From an uncultured delta proteobacterium (GTDB lineage: Bacteria; Myxococcota; UBA727; VGSZ01): a DNA stretch of 64,000 nucleotides. The stretch covers positions 576,001 to 640,000 of the forward strand of contig CAVZJB010000004.1 in the NCBI GenBank assembly GCA_963775425.1, written 5' to 3'. The notes under the pieces were generated by a model, which made no database searches, was not told the origin of the DNA, and saw nothing but the letters and a program-made list of their open reading frames with translations. Within the stretch, counting starts at the first letter, position 1. Every line of letters begins with the position of its first letter. The translations under genes were made by a program, and so were the position numbers. This document shows, in pieces, positions 34,218 to 45,751 of this stretch.

Positions 34218-34945
34218 CCGTCACCAAGGGCCAGCTCCTGTCCACCGCCGCCGCCGTGCGCCACGCGCGGCTGCGGCCCTCGGAGGTGGCGTCTTTGAAG
34301 ATCGACGGCAAAGACGTCGACGCCGCTGCCGCCGAGAGCGCGCTGGCGGCGTTCCAGACGGCCGCCGACCACGCCGAGGCGCGCGCGCAGGAGAAGAAGC
34401 AGACGCCCAACGTGTTCGCGCGCGTGTCGACGTGGGCGCACGAAAACGTCGGCCGCCCGACGGGCGAGTGGGTGCGCGAGCACATGCCCGCCGTCGCCAA
34501 GGCCGTCGATCACGCCGTGACGACGACGACGGCGGTGGCGCTCACCCGCCCCGAGGACGTCGACCGCCTCGCCGTCGTCGAGATCGAGACCCACGACGGG
34601 CGCACCGTCGCCATCCCGGTGCTCGTGCGCGACGAGAAGGCCTCGCGCTTGTTGAAGGCCACGAGCGCGGCCGTCGGCGGCGTCGGCCTCTTCCCCTTCT
34701 TCGGCAACTTCGTCCAGGGCGGCACGGGGCTGGCGGCGGCGATCGCGTCGGGCGTGAGCTACCTCTTCGGCGACAAGGAGCTCGGCGCGGCCCTGCTCGG
34801 CATGGCGAAGAAGCACCTGATCATGGGCGTCGTCGGGTTCGTCCCCGTCGTCGGCGCGGCCACGTCCATCCAGGCCGTGGCCGACGCCAGGCGGCTCACG
34901 GAGAGCGACGTCCGCGTCGGCGAGATCTGCACCGCGCCGGCCTGA
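34214..34945 (+). CDS. hypothetical protein with C-terminal Gly-rich hydrophobic helices
   Basis: ATGA overlap with the upstream gene; GLFPFFG and GFVPVVG hairpins; no signal peptide. Confidence 0.7.
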   Translation: MTVTKGQLLSTAAAVRHARLRPSEVASLKIDGKDVDAAAAESALAAFQTAADHAEARAQEKKQTPNVFARVSTWAHENVGRPTGEWVREHMPAVAKAVDHAVTTTTAVALTRPEDVDRLAVVEIETHDGRTVAIPVLVRDEKASRLLKATSAAVGGVGLFPFFGNFVQGGTGLAAAIASGVSYLFGDKELGAALLGMAKKHLIMGVVGFVPVVGAATSIQAVADARRLTESDVRVGEICTAPA

Positions 34946-35855
34946 AAGGCTGACGAAGAATAGGGCTCGTCGCAGCACTCGGCGAAGCCGCCCACAAGGT
35001 GGCTCGCCGCGCGGAGTACGTGGCGAGGCACGTCGGCGCGCAAGAACCGCTGCAGGTTGTGAGGAAACGGCGGGTCCGAGCGGTGTTGTGATCCCGCTAT
35101 CAGCGCACGTGGCGGTTCGTGCGGGTCGTGTGCGCGCCGACGTGCCTCGATGCGACGTCGGCGCGGACTTCAGGCGGTGCGCTTCGCGAGGTTCTGCAGC
35201 AGGTTGAAGGCCACGGCTGCCATCAGGGTGGGGAGCTTGTCGAACGCGGCGCGGTGATCGACGCGGAACCTGGCGATGACGTCGTGACTCGGGCGCAGAT
35301 CGCCGACGATAAGACGGAAGGCGTCGTCGTTCGTCGTCAGCCGCGCGATCTCCCGGGCGCTCCCGATCCCTTGGCCTATCGCGTACAGCCACAGCGTCAG
35401 GAGCATCCGCAGGCTCGTAATCGGGCGCCCACCGCCAAGCTGCACGGCCTTGGCGCTCGCTGTGAACCCGTCGAGGTCCACCGAGCACACGGTCGATCAG
35501 GCGAGCCGGGTGCTCGGGGCCGATGAGGTCGTCCACGGCCTGGGTCTTCAGCTCAACCTGTCGCCGTTCAGGTTCCTGGATTCGCACGCGGCGCTTGAGC
35601 TTCACCATGCAAGGTGGATCAGCTCGAGCCGCACTTTTGGCGCGCAAATCTCGGTGAGTTGCGAGTGCTTGGGCGCTCGGAATCAGCGAAGGCTAGACAA
35701 CGTCGCCACCGCCGGAGCGGAAAGGAGCGGAGAGCTCGGCGCCCCGGCGCTCAACTCGGCGCGCGTCTTCGTCGCCGAGCTCGGAGCTCCTTTCGCCGTA
35801 GCACCGTCCCCTTCCGGGTGGCTCGGATCGATGGGTCACGTTACGCGTCAGCCTC
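34946..35855. mobile_element. degenerate IS1182-related element (long copy)
   Basis: Terminal inverted repeats AGGCTGACG / CGTCAGCCT; both ~150-bp ends near-identical to 62693-63002; transposase relic inside. Confidence 0.8.
35170..35608 (-). pseudogene. IS1182-family transposase remnant (DUF772 region fused to C-terminal tail)
   Basis: PERRQ..DDLIGPEHPARLI / VDL..GGRP..MLLTLWLYA..GIGSAREIARL..AFR.I.G..PSH..IARFR; frameshift near 35490; jumps directly to a LMAAVAFNL tail with the DDE core missing. Confidence 0.85.
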
Positions 35856-35863
35856 GAACACCG

Positions 35864-36463
35864 CTACAGCTTGGCCGCGTTCTCCTTGAGGAACGACGCC
35901 GTCGCCTGCGGCGTGCCCTTCATGGCGACCTTGCCCTTGGCCCAGCCGGCGGGGCAGACCTCGCCGTGCTGCTCTGTGTGCTGGAGCGCGTCGACGACGC
36001 GGAGGGTCTCTTCGACGCTGCGGCCGAGGTCGAGGTCGTTCACCGTCTCGTGGCGGACCACGCCGCTCTTGTCGATGAGGAACGTGCCGCGCAGGGCCAT
36101 GCCGCCCTCGAGGAGGACGCCGTAGTCGCGCGCGATGGTCTTGTTGACGTCGGCGACGAGCGGGTACGCGATGTGGCCGATGCCGCCGTCTTCGACCTTG
36201 GTGTTGCGCCACGCGCGGTGCACGTGCTGGCTGTCGATGGAGCAGCCGAGCACCTGCACGCTGCGCTTCTCGAACTCCTTGATGTGGTTCGAGAACGCGA
36301 GGATCTCCGTGGGACACACGAAGGTGAAGTCGAACGGATAGAAGAAGAAGACGACGTATTTGCCCTTGAAGCTCGAGAGGGAGACGGACTCGATCTCGCC
36401 GTTGGGCATCACGGCCTTGGCGGTGAAGTCGGGGGCGGGCTTTTGCACGAGCGACATGGGCAT
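35864..36463 (-). CDS. ahpC: 2-Cys peroxiredoxin (AhpC/Prx1)
   Basis: FFYPFDFTFVCPTEI, LRGTFLID, GRSVEE.LR, GEVCPAGW. Confidence 0.95.
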   Translation of the reverse strand: MPMSLVQKPAPDFTAKAVMPNGEIESVSLSSFKGKYVVFFFYPFDFTFVCPTEILAFSNHIKEFEKRSVQVLGCSIDSQHVHRAWRNTKVEDGGIGHIAYPLVADVNKTIARDYGVLLEGGMALRGTFLIDKSGVVRHETVNDLDLGRSVEETLRVVDALQHTEQHGEVCPAGWAKGKVAMKGTPQATASFLKENAAKL

Positions 36464-36472
36464 TCTCCGGAA

Positions 36473-36487
36473 TTAGACGACGTCTAG
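36473..36487. promoter_or_regulatory. 7-1-7 inverted repeat, putative Fur/PerR-family operator
   Basis: TTAGACG-A-CGTCTAG, 10 bp upstream of the ahpC start. Confidence 0.45.
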
Positions 36488-36528
36488 CCGGAAGCGATCT
36501 AGCCGAGTCGCGCGCGCGGCGCCACCTT

Positions 36529-36561
36529 CGACCGGAGGGAGCGGCCGCGCAGATCAGCGAC
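36529..36561 (+). repeat. dispersed short repeat (REP-like), copy 2
   Basis: CGACCGGAGGGAGCGGCCGCGCAGATCAGCGAC matches 63537-63570 with a 1-nt gap. Confidence 0.75.
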
Positions 36562-36622
36562 GCGCCTCGAGATCAGGCGCGCGTCCGTGCGAACGCCGAA
36601 GCGCGCGAGCGACGACGCGCGA

Positions 36623-38257
36623 TCAACCCGCGACGCGCGAGGCTCGACGACGACGCAGCGCGAGCGCGCCCGCGACCAGGAGCAAGCCGCCGAGCGGCGC
36701 CGCGCCGCCGCCGCCCGCGCAGCCGCATCCCGTGGGCGGGCCGGCGGCGGCGCCCTCGCCTTCGCCTTCGCCTTCGCCTTCGCCTTCGCCGGCGGCGTCG
36801 CCTTCGCCCTCGCCCGCGTCGCCCTCGCCTTCGCCTTCACCGACGTCGCCCTCGCCCTCGCCCTCGCCGCCGCACAGGGTGAACGAGGGCTTCTTCAAGG
36901 TGAAGGTGTCGATGACGCCGGGGTTGCTGTTGCCTGCGTTGGTGGCGATGACCTGCGCCTCGAGCGTGTCGCCGTGGAGCACGAAGGACACGAAGTGGTG
37001 CTGGCCGTCATAGATGAGGTTGGCGGCGATGTCCTGATCGTAGACCCCGGCGTCGCACACGCCGTGGCCGAGGCCGAGGCAGAAATTGCATGCGGCGTCG
37101 ACGCACGTGATGTTGTCGAAGCCGGGGATGTCGGTGGTGAGCGCGCCACCGCCGCCGGTGACGACGTAGGTGGGCGCGACCGTGCCGTCGGGCAGCGGCG
37201 CCGCCGGATCGAGGGCGTCCTTGTCGCCGACGGGGAAGGTGCGGCCCGTGCCGCCGAACAGCGTGTCCAGGCCCTTGGACGGGACGTAGCGCTCGTAGTT
37301 GTGCGAGTGGCCGTTCAAGACGAGGTCGACGTGGCGCGCGTCGAAGATGGGGACGAGGGCGGCGTTGATGGCGCCGCTGTTCTCTTCACCCGTGTGGTGG
37401 TTGCCGCGGGAGTAGATCGCCTTGTGGAAGAACACGATCTTCCAGGGCTGCGCGGTGGCCGCGAGATCGCCGTCGAGCCAGGACGCCATCTCCGGGAGCT
37501 GGGTGTCGTCGGTGTGCTGCGAGTTGAGCGACACGAAGTGCACGGGCCCGATGTCGATGGAGTAGAAGTCCTCGGTGCCCGTGGCGGTGTTGCGCGGGAG
37601 CTCGAAGAGCTGGTTGTAGAGCGCGCCGTCGCCGTCGCCGGACTTGCCGTCGTGGTTGCCGACGGTGAGCAGCGAGGGGACGCGCGACCACGTGGGCTCG
37701 CTCGCCTCGATGAGCGCCTGCCATTGGGCCGCGTGCGAGCCGTCGCGCACCATGTCGCCCGTGTTCACGAAGAAGTCCGGCGAGGTGTCGAACGCCTCAC
37801 CGATGATGTCGCCGTAGATGGGCGAGACGCCGGCGTCGCCGAACGGGTTGTCGTTGCGGTTGTCGCCGATGGCGACGAAGTGCATGGGCGCGCAGGGGTC
37901 GTCGGAGAGCGTGGTGAACGACAGGGCGTCCGTGGGGTAGAGCGCGCCTGCGTGGCCGACCTTGTAGAAGTACGCGGTGGTCGGCTGAAGGCCGGTGAGC
38001 CGCGCGGAGAACGACGTGCCGAGCGGGGCGTCCATGGCGTGGGCGTCGGCGTCGGGCACGAGGAACGTGGCGTCGAGCGCATCGGGGCTCGTGCCGAAGT
38101 GGACCTCCTTGTCCGCGGGATCGTCGCTGTTCCACGAGATGGCCACGGACGTGGCGGGGTCACCCGCGTACGTCATCCGAACCCCGAAGGGCCCGGCGAG
38201 CGCGGGCGCGGCCGCGAGCGCGGTGGTGACAGCGAGGACGACGGCGGACGAACGCAT
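36623..38257 (-). CDS. purple-acid-phosphatase-like metallophosphoesterase with FN3 domain, (GE)n linker and MYXO-CTERM-type tail
   Basis: Signal ALA; FN3 (LTGLQPTTAYFYKVG); GD, TGD, VGNHD, FFH, NGHSHNYER motifs; tail GCGCAGGGG-hydrophobic-RRRR. Confidence 0.92.
   Translation of the reverse strand: MRSSAVVLAVTTALAAAPALAGPFGVRMTYAGDPATSVAISWNSDDPADKEVHFGTSPDALDATFLVPDADAHAMDAPLGTSFSARLTGLQPTTAYFYKVGHAGALYPTDALSFTTLSDDPCAPMHFVAIGDNRNDNPFGDAGVSPIYGDIIGEAFDTSPDFFVNTGDMVRDGSHAAQWQALIEASEPTWSRVPSLLTVGNHDGKSGDGDGALYNQLFELPRNTATGTEDFYSIDIGPVHFVSLNSQHTDDTQLPEMASWLDGDLAATAQPWKIVFFHKAIYSRGNHHTGEENSGAINAALVPIFDARHVDLVLNGHSHNYERYVPSKGLDTLFGGTGRTFPVGDKDALDPAAPLPDGTVAPTYVVTGGGGALTTDIPGFDNITCVDAACNFCLGLGHGVCDAGVYDQDIAANLIYDGQHHFVSFVLHGDTLEAQVIATNAGNSNPGVIDTFTLKKPSFTLCGGEGEGEGDVGEGEGEGDAGEGEGDAAGEGEGEGEGEGEGAAAGPPTGCGCAGGGGAAPLGGLLLVAGALALRRRRASRVAG
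36752..36868 (-). repeat. (GE)n / GEGEGD coding repeat
   Basis: (TCGCCT/TCGCCC)n. Confidence 0.9.
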
Positions 38258-38429
38258 GGGTCACCCCTTGTCCTCGTCGTGTCACGGTCAAACGTGATTG
38301 CAAACGGATTCCCTGACCGATCGGCGTCGTTTTCCCGAGGAAGCGCCGCAGGTGTGCGACACCTCCTGCGCGCGTCACGGCGTCGCGGCCGTGACGCTCG
38401 ACCGCCGCAACGCTCGTGATGCCGCAGCG

Positions 38430-39164
38430 CTACAGCAACGCGTCGAGGATGAAGTAGAAGCCGAGCGCGAGCACGAGGCCGATGTGGACGACGGCGACGG
38501 TCTTTTCGAGCATCTTGGCGGGACCCTTGCCCTTGGTCCCGAACAGGGCGATGGCCTCGAAGAAGAGGATGATGACGGTGCAGATGCCGAGGGCCATGCC
38601 GATGGGGTGCGCGGGCGCGCCGCCGAAGAAGTTGAGGCGATGGTTGCCCATGAAGAACAGCAGCGGGATGGACAGGAGCGTGTTGGTCCGGCTCGCGAGG
38701 AACGCGCGCGCGCCCGCGGCGGCGGCCTTGGGATTTGCCTGACCGCCGCCGGCGACCGCGTTGGCGGAGGCGATGACCTTCTTCTGCGCCGGCCAGATGA
38801 CGAACCAGACGTTCGCCCACATGATGATGCCCATGGTGGCGCCGAGCTGGATGCCGACGCCGCGCGAGTTGTTCAGCGCATCCATGGCGCGGCCGCCGGC
38901 GAGCGAAGCCGTCACCATCCAGGTGCCCATGATGCACAGGCCCGACAACACCGTGAGCATCGCGCCCCAGCGAAACCACCAGAGCGCGCGCGGCACGAGG
39001 AGCCGTGTCACGGCGGCCTTGGCCTCCGCGGGCGCCTCCGCGAGGAACGGCACCTGCACGAAGTTGAAGTAGTAGAGGATGCCGATCCAGGTGATGCCCG
39101 CCATGAAGTGGATCCACGCGAAGATCATCTCGGGGCCGGACGCGGTGAACAGCGAGAAGTGCAT
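38430..39164 (-). CDS. urate hydroxylase PuuD N-terminal-like membrane protein
   Basis: WIHFMAGITWIGILYYFNFVQ, ALWWFRW, NVWFVIWPAQKKVI, ASRTNTLLSIP. Confidence 0.82.
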   Translation of the reverse strand: MHFSLFTASGPEMIFAWIHFMAGITWIGILYYFNFVQVPFLAEAPAEAKAAVTRLLVPRALWWFRWGAMLTVLSGLCIMGTWMVTASLAGGRAMDALNNSRGVGIQLGATMGIIMWANVWFVIWPAQKKVIASANAVAGGGQANPKAAAAGARAFLASRTNTLLSIPLLFFMGNHRLNFFGGAPAHPIGMALGICTVIILFFEAIALFGTKGKGPAKMLEKTVAVVHIGLVLALGFYFILDALL

Positions 39165-39208
39165 CTCGCCTGCGTAGCACCGCGCCACCGAAGCGCTATA
39201 TCCGTCGC

Positions 39209-39526
39209 ATGCGTCTCGTGCTCTGTGCCGCCGGCGTCCTCGCCCTGCTCGTCGCCGCGTGCCCGAAGGCGGAGGACACCGCCGTCGCGCGGGGCCGCCG
39301 CGCGTACATGGGCACGTGCATCACGTGCCACAACGCCGACCCCGCCCTCGACGGCCCCGTCGGCCCCGCCGTCAAAGGCGCATCCAAGGCGCTCCTCGAG
39401 GCGCGCTTGCTCCACGCCGCGTACCCGTCCGGCTACCGGCCCAAGCGCGAGACGCACACCATGCCCGTGCTGCCGCAGGTGGCCGGCAGCATCGACGACC
39501 TCGCGGCCTTCTTGAGTCAGCCGTGA
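39209..39526 (+). CDS. small c-type cytochrome lipoprotein
   Basis: Lipobox VAAC; CITCH heme motif; distal MP. Confidence 0.88.
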   Translation: MRLVLCAAGVLALLVAACPKAEDTAVARGRRAYMGTCITCHNADPALDGPVGPAVKGASKALLEARLLHAAYPSGYRPKRETHTMPVLPQVAGSIDDLAAFLSQP

Positions 39527-39572
39527 CGCGGCGTCGAAAAGGACCGCGCAGGCCCTCGCGCCGCGCCGAGAG

Positions 39573-41516
<1,944 letters not shown>

Positions 41517-41640
41517 CACAGCCCACCTCCCGACGGAAAGACCAAAACCGAAGCGTTCGTATGCACGATCCGCCCCGAGAGGGGAACGGGTTGACGTCGG
41601 GACGGGCACCGGTAGATTCCGCGCACCGCAAGGGAGCTGG

Positions 41641-41859
41641 ATGTCGCGAGAAGACCAGATCGAAGTAGACGGAATCGTGAAGGAAGTGCTGCAAGGCGGC
41701 ATGTTCCGCGTGCAGCTCGAGAACGGCCACGAGGTCCTCGCATACACGTCCGGCAAGATGAGGAAGTTCACCATCCGCATCGTCCTCGGCGACAAGGTGA
41801 AGGTCGCGCTCTCGCCGTACGACCTCACCAAGGGGCGCGTCATCTTCCGCGCCCGCTGA
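41641..41859 (+). CDS. infA: translation initiation factor IF-1
   Basis: [57 protein letters not shown]; 72 aa; GGGAG RBS. Confidence 0.97.
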   Translation: MSREDQIEVDGIVKEVLQGGMFRVQLENGHEVLAYTSGKMRKFTIRIVLGDKVKVALSPYDLTKGRVIFRAR

Positions 41860-41940
41860 GCCCATGACGGCGGCCGGCTGCTCCGACGTCGCCGGCTTCT
41901 CCAACAAGACAGAGCTCGCGCGCTCGAGCCGGGCGGCGCG

Positions 41941-44211
41941 ATGACCGCGACCGAGCCACCCGCGCCGCTCGCGAACATTGACGCGCCCGTCTACCGGGGG
42001 CCCACGGCGGCCGTGGTGTGCGCGTGGGGCTTCCTGGTGGCCAAGGCCGCCGCGGCCGTCCTCGACGTCGCCGGCGGCGGCGGCGCCCTCGTCGCCCTCG
42101 CGTTCGTCACCGGCTTCCTCGGCGACGCCGTCCTCGTGCTCGCGCTCGGCGCCCTCGAGCGCGCCCTCGTCCGGCGCGGCGCGGCGCGCAGGTTCCTCGT
42201 GGTCGTCGGCGCGGCCGCCGGGCTGTACGCGTGCGCCAACGTCTATCTCGTCGCCGCGTACGGCTCGCCGCTCACCCGGCCGATGCTCGCGTACGCCAAG
42301 GACGCCGACACCGCGGTGCTCGCGGGGGCCCCCCTGGCCGCGGCGCTCGCGAGCGTCGCGCTGTTCGCCGTCCTCGCCTGGCCGTGCGTCCTCGTCGCGC
42401 GACGGCTGTTCACGCGCGTTCGCGCGCGGACGGCGGCGGCGGCGCTCGCGGTGCTCGGCGTCTTGGGGGCTGTGCTGCCGTTCGCCGACGGCGACGGCGC
42501 GGTGCGCGCCTTCGGCCTCGACCGCAACGCCCTCGTGCTGTTCGTCCGGAGCGCCTTGCCGGCGCACCACGACGACGCGCGCGTCGCGTACGACGCGCCG
42601 TGGCCCGCGCCGCGCGACCCGCGGTTCACGGCGCCGGTGCACGTCGACACCTCCCACGGGCGGCCCCACCACATCGTGATGTGGCTGGCGGAGAGCACCG
42701 CCGATCGCTTCGTCGGCAAAGACGTCACGCCGAACCTCACCCGCCTGCAGGCGCACGCCCTGCGCTTTTCGACGTACGACGCGAACGCGCCCATCAGCGC
42801 CAAGGCCATCTTCACCACGCTGTGCGGCCTCTACCCGTCTCCGGAGGCCGCGTTCGAGACGCGCACCAACCCGCGCATCGCGTGCCCGTCGCTCATGGAG
42901 ACGCTGACGCAGGCGGGGTGGTCGGCCGCGCTCTTTCACGGCGGCTACTTCGCGTTCACCGACAAGCTGCAATTCCTCGAGGAGCGCGGCTTCGACGCGC
43001 TCGTCGACGGCGAGAGCACGCCCAACCGCGACCGCTACTTCAACAACGGCTGGGGCGTCGACGACCAGGCCATCGTCGACGACGGCCTGACGTGGCTCGA
43101 CGCGCACCAGGGGCCGACGCTCGAGATCTTCATCCCGCTCCTGCCGCACTACGAGTACTTCATGCCGCCGTCGGCGCCCAAGCCGTTCGGCGACGGCTCT
43201 CTGCTCGCGCGATACAAAAACGGCGTCCACTACAGCGACCACCTCTTCGGCGAGCTCGTCGACGCGTACGACAAGCGCGGCCTCGCCGACGACACCTTGT
43301 TCGTCTTTGTCGGCGACCACGGCGAGGCGTTCCAGGAGCACCCGCGCAACAAGCTGCACGCAGGCTTCCTCTACGAGGAGAACGTGCACGCGCCGTTGAT
43401 CATCGTCTCGCCGCGCCTGTTCCCGCAGGCGGAGACGAGCGATCGGCTGGGGAGCCACGTCGACCTCGCGGCCACGCTGCTCGACCTCGTCGGCGTGCCG
43501 AAGCCGGCGGGGATGCAGGGGCAGTCCCTGGTGAGCGACGCGTACGCGTACCGGCCGATCCTGCTCGCCACGTGGTACCCCAATCCCCTCGTCGGCCTGC
43601 GTGACGGCGACCGCAAGTACATCCGCAACCTCTCGAGCGGCGTCGACGAGCTCTACGATCTGCGCCGGGATCCACACGAAAAGCGCAACGTCGCCGCCGC
43701 CTTCCCCGACGTCGTCGCGGAGTACCGCGCGCGGCTCGCGGACTTCGTGCCGCGGCAGAAGGCGCGCATCCACGACGCGCCCCGGCTCGGCCCCGGCTTC
43801 CTCGAGCGCGCGTTCGCCGCGCTTCAGGTCTCCGTCGACGGCGCGCCCTGCGCCCGGGTGGGCGAGCGCATCATGTGCGCGGGAGGGGCGCAGCTCGAGG
43901 TGCGGCCCGAGCGCGTGTTCAACATGGACCGCCGCTGCCTGCGCTTCGTCCCGCCGGAGCACGGCACGCTCCACGTGCGCGTGCCGCTGCCGGTGCGCAC
44001 CGTCGGCATCGGCCTCACCGATCGCGCGCGCTTCGCTCACGGGCCGCCGCTGCACGCCTCGTTCGACGACGTCGAGCTCGTGGTGAACGACGTGTTCGAG
44101 ACCACCTCCAAGGTGCACACCCGGAAGACCGCGGCGCCCGTCGACATCGACATCCGCCGCGAGCGCGACGGCCGCGAAAACCGCGCCGCCTGCCTGACCC
44201 TGTCGCCCTGA
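41941..44211 (+). CDS. membrane-anchored sulfatase / LTA-synthase-like protein
   Basis: About five N-terminal TMs; WLAEST, TPNL, PH..Y, Y.N...Y.D, VGDHGEAF.EH, LYEENVHAPL, ELYDL..DP.E. Confidence 0.88.
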   Translation: MTATEPPAPLANIDAPVYRGPTAAVVCAWGFLVAKAAAAVLDVAGGGGALVALAFVTGFLGDAVLVLALGALERALVRRGAARRFLVVVGAAAGLYACANVYLVAAYGSPLTRPMLAYAKDADTAVLAGAPLAAALASVALFAVLAWPCVLVARRLFTRVRARTAAAALAVLGVLGAVLPFADGDGAVRAFGLDRNALVLFVRSALPAHHDDARVAYDAPWPAPRDPRFTAPVHVDTSHGRPHHIVMWLAESTADRFVGKDVTPNLTRLQAHALRFSTYDANAPISAKAIFTTLCGLYPSPEAAFETRTNPRIACPSLMETLTQAGWSAALFHGGYFAFTDKLQFLEERGFDALVDGESTPNRDRYFNNGWGVDDQAIVDDGLTWLDAHQGPTLEIFIPLLPHYEYFMPPSAPKPFGDGSLLARYKNGVHYSDHLFGELVDAYDKRGLADDTLFVFVGDHGEAFQEHPRNKLHAGFLYEENVHAPLIIVSPRLFPQAETSDRLGSHVDLAATLLDLVGVPKPAGMQGQSLVSDAYAYRPILLATWYPNPLVGLRDGDRKYIRNLSSGVDELYDLRRDPHEKRNVAAAFPDVVAEYRARLADFVPRQKARIHDAPRLGPGFLERAFAALQVSVDGAPCARVGERIMCAGGAQLEVRPERVFNMDRRCLRFVPPEHGTLHVRVPLPVRTVGIGLTDRARFAHGPPLHASFDDVELVVNDVFETTSKVHTRKTAAPVDIDIRRERDGRENRAACLTLSP

Positions 44212-44221
44212 CGACCGGCCC

Positions 44222-45751
44222 TCACCGGCGGTACAGGACGGCGTATCCGACGTCGACGGTCTCGCGCGCCCCCGGCGGCGGCGGCTTGCCGTGCTCCTGC
44301 AGGCGATAGACGCGTCTGCGCGCGCGCTTGTCGAAGTGGATCTTGATGTTCATGGCGCGCGTGGCGAACGTGTACCAGTCGTACTGCGACGAGAAGTAGC
44401 CGAAGTCGAGGCGCACGTACTCGTTCTCGAGCCCCTCGCGCCTGGCGTCGGCGTCGATGGCGGCGAGGGCGCGGCGGTGCACCTCGAGGCCGATGCGCCC
44501 ATCGACGTTCCGGGAGACCGACAGCGTGGCCTCGACGCCGCCGGCGCAGAACACGGCGGCGACCGCGACGGCGGCGGCGCGCGCGGCGACGGAGCGCCGT
44601 CGCGATCCCGCCCCCGGGGCGAACACGGCGCACCCCAGGGCCGCGTAGGCGACGAACACGAACGGGTAGAGGTTCGTCACGTAGTGCCCGAACACCTGCT
44701 TGCCCGTGAGCCCGATGAGCGCGAGGTTGGCGGCGAGCGCGGCGAGGAACGCCCAGAGGAAGTGCCGCGGCGCTTTCCTGACGAACACCACCACGGCGGC
44801 GGCGGCCAGGCCGAGCGAGGACAGGAACGCAAACAGCCGCAGCACCGAGAACGGGCGCGCGACGTCGCCGGCGAAGGCGGCCTTCACGCAAGCGATCTCG
44901 TTGGGGCCGCCCCAGTACCCCGACAGCTCGTGATAGGTGACGTCGAGGGTGAGGAACCGGAGCGCGTAGACCGGCACCCACAGGAAGCTCGTCGGGAAGC
45001 GCTGCTTGTTGCCCACCGTCTCCGAGAAGATCGCGCGCGTGTTGGACAACCCCGTGCCGATCTCGTGTACCGCGAGGGGCACGTACAAGAGCGCCGCCAG
45101 CAGGAGCCCGATGACGACGTAGCGCCGCCGCCAGCGGCGCACCGACGGAAACACGACGACGGCGAGGCCGGCCCACGCCACCGGCGTCGACATGTGGAAG
45201 TGCGGCATCACCGCGCACAGAGGCAGGAACGCCGCCAGCCACGGGGAGCGCGGGTCCTCACGCACGCGCAGCGCGGCCAGCAGCGCGAGCACCACGACGA
45301 GCGGGAGCACGTTGGGGTTCCACGTCCGGTCGGCGTACAGCGCGCTCCACGGAGACAGCGCCATCAGCACGCCCGCGAACAGCGCGCCGCGCTCGCCGAA
45401 GGGGCGGCGCATCGCGTGCCAGAAGACGCCGACGGTGACGGCGCCGAGGATCTCGACGAACGCGTACTGGGCCTCGGGCGCGCGCCACACCAGGAGCGGC
45501 AACGCCATCACGTACAGGAACGTCGGCCCCGGGAGCCTGCCGGCGCCGTCGGTGATCTGCGTGCCGAGGAGCGGGAGGTGCTTCCCCTCGACGATGTCCA
45601 TGCCGATGTTGAAGAACAGCGCCTCGTCGCCACCGAAGCGCGCCGTGTGCAACAGCGCGAGGCGCAACGCCAGCGCGAGCAGCGCCACGACGGCGCCGCC
45701 GAACGCCGGGCGCGCGACCACCGCGCGAAGCGGACCGGGCACCGAGGTCAC
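44222..45751 (-). CDS. GT-C fold (ArnT/PMT-like) membrane glycosyltransferase
   Basis: Early acidic loop FGGDE after TM1; PLLG, WNPN; multiple TMs; GTG start overlaps the upstream stop. Confidence 0.75.
   Translation of the reverse strand: MTSVPGPLRAVVARPAFGGAVVALLALALRLALLHTARFGGDEALFFNIGMDIVEGKHLPLLGTQITDGAGRLPGPTFLYVMALPLLVWRAPEAQYAFVEILGAVTVGVFWHAMRRPFGERGALFAGVLMALSPWSALYADRTWNPNVLPLVVVLALLAALRVREDPRSPWLAAFLPLCAVMPHFHMSTPVAWAGLAVVVFPSVRRWRRRYVVIGLLLAALLYVPLAVHEIGTGLSNTRAIFSETVGNKQRFPTSFLWVPVYALRFLTLDVTYHELSGYWGGPNEIACVKAAFAGDVARPFSVLRLFAFLSSLGLAAAAVVVFVRKAPRHFLWAFLAALAANLALIGLTGKQVFGHYVTNLYPFVFVAYAALGCAVFAPGAGSRRRSVAARAAAVAVAAVFCAGGVEATLSVSRNVDGRIGLEVHRRALAAIDADARREGLENEYVRLDFGYFSSQYDWYTFATRAMNIKIHFDKRARRRVYRLQEHGKPPPPGARETVDVGYAVLYRR

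Noticed and set aside
38283-38298. TCACG-N6-CGTGA palindrome upstream of the phosphatase
   Set aside because: Too short to separate from chance and not assignable to a regulator
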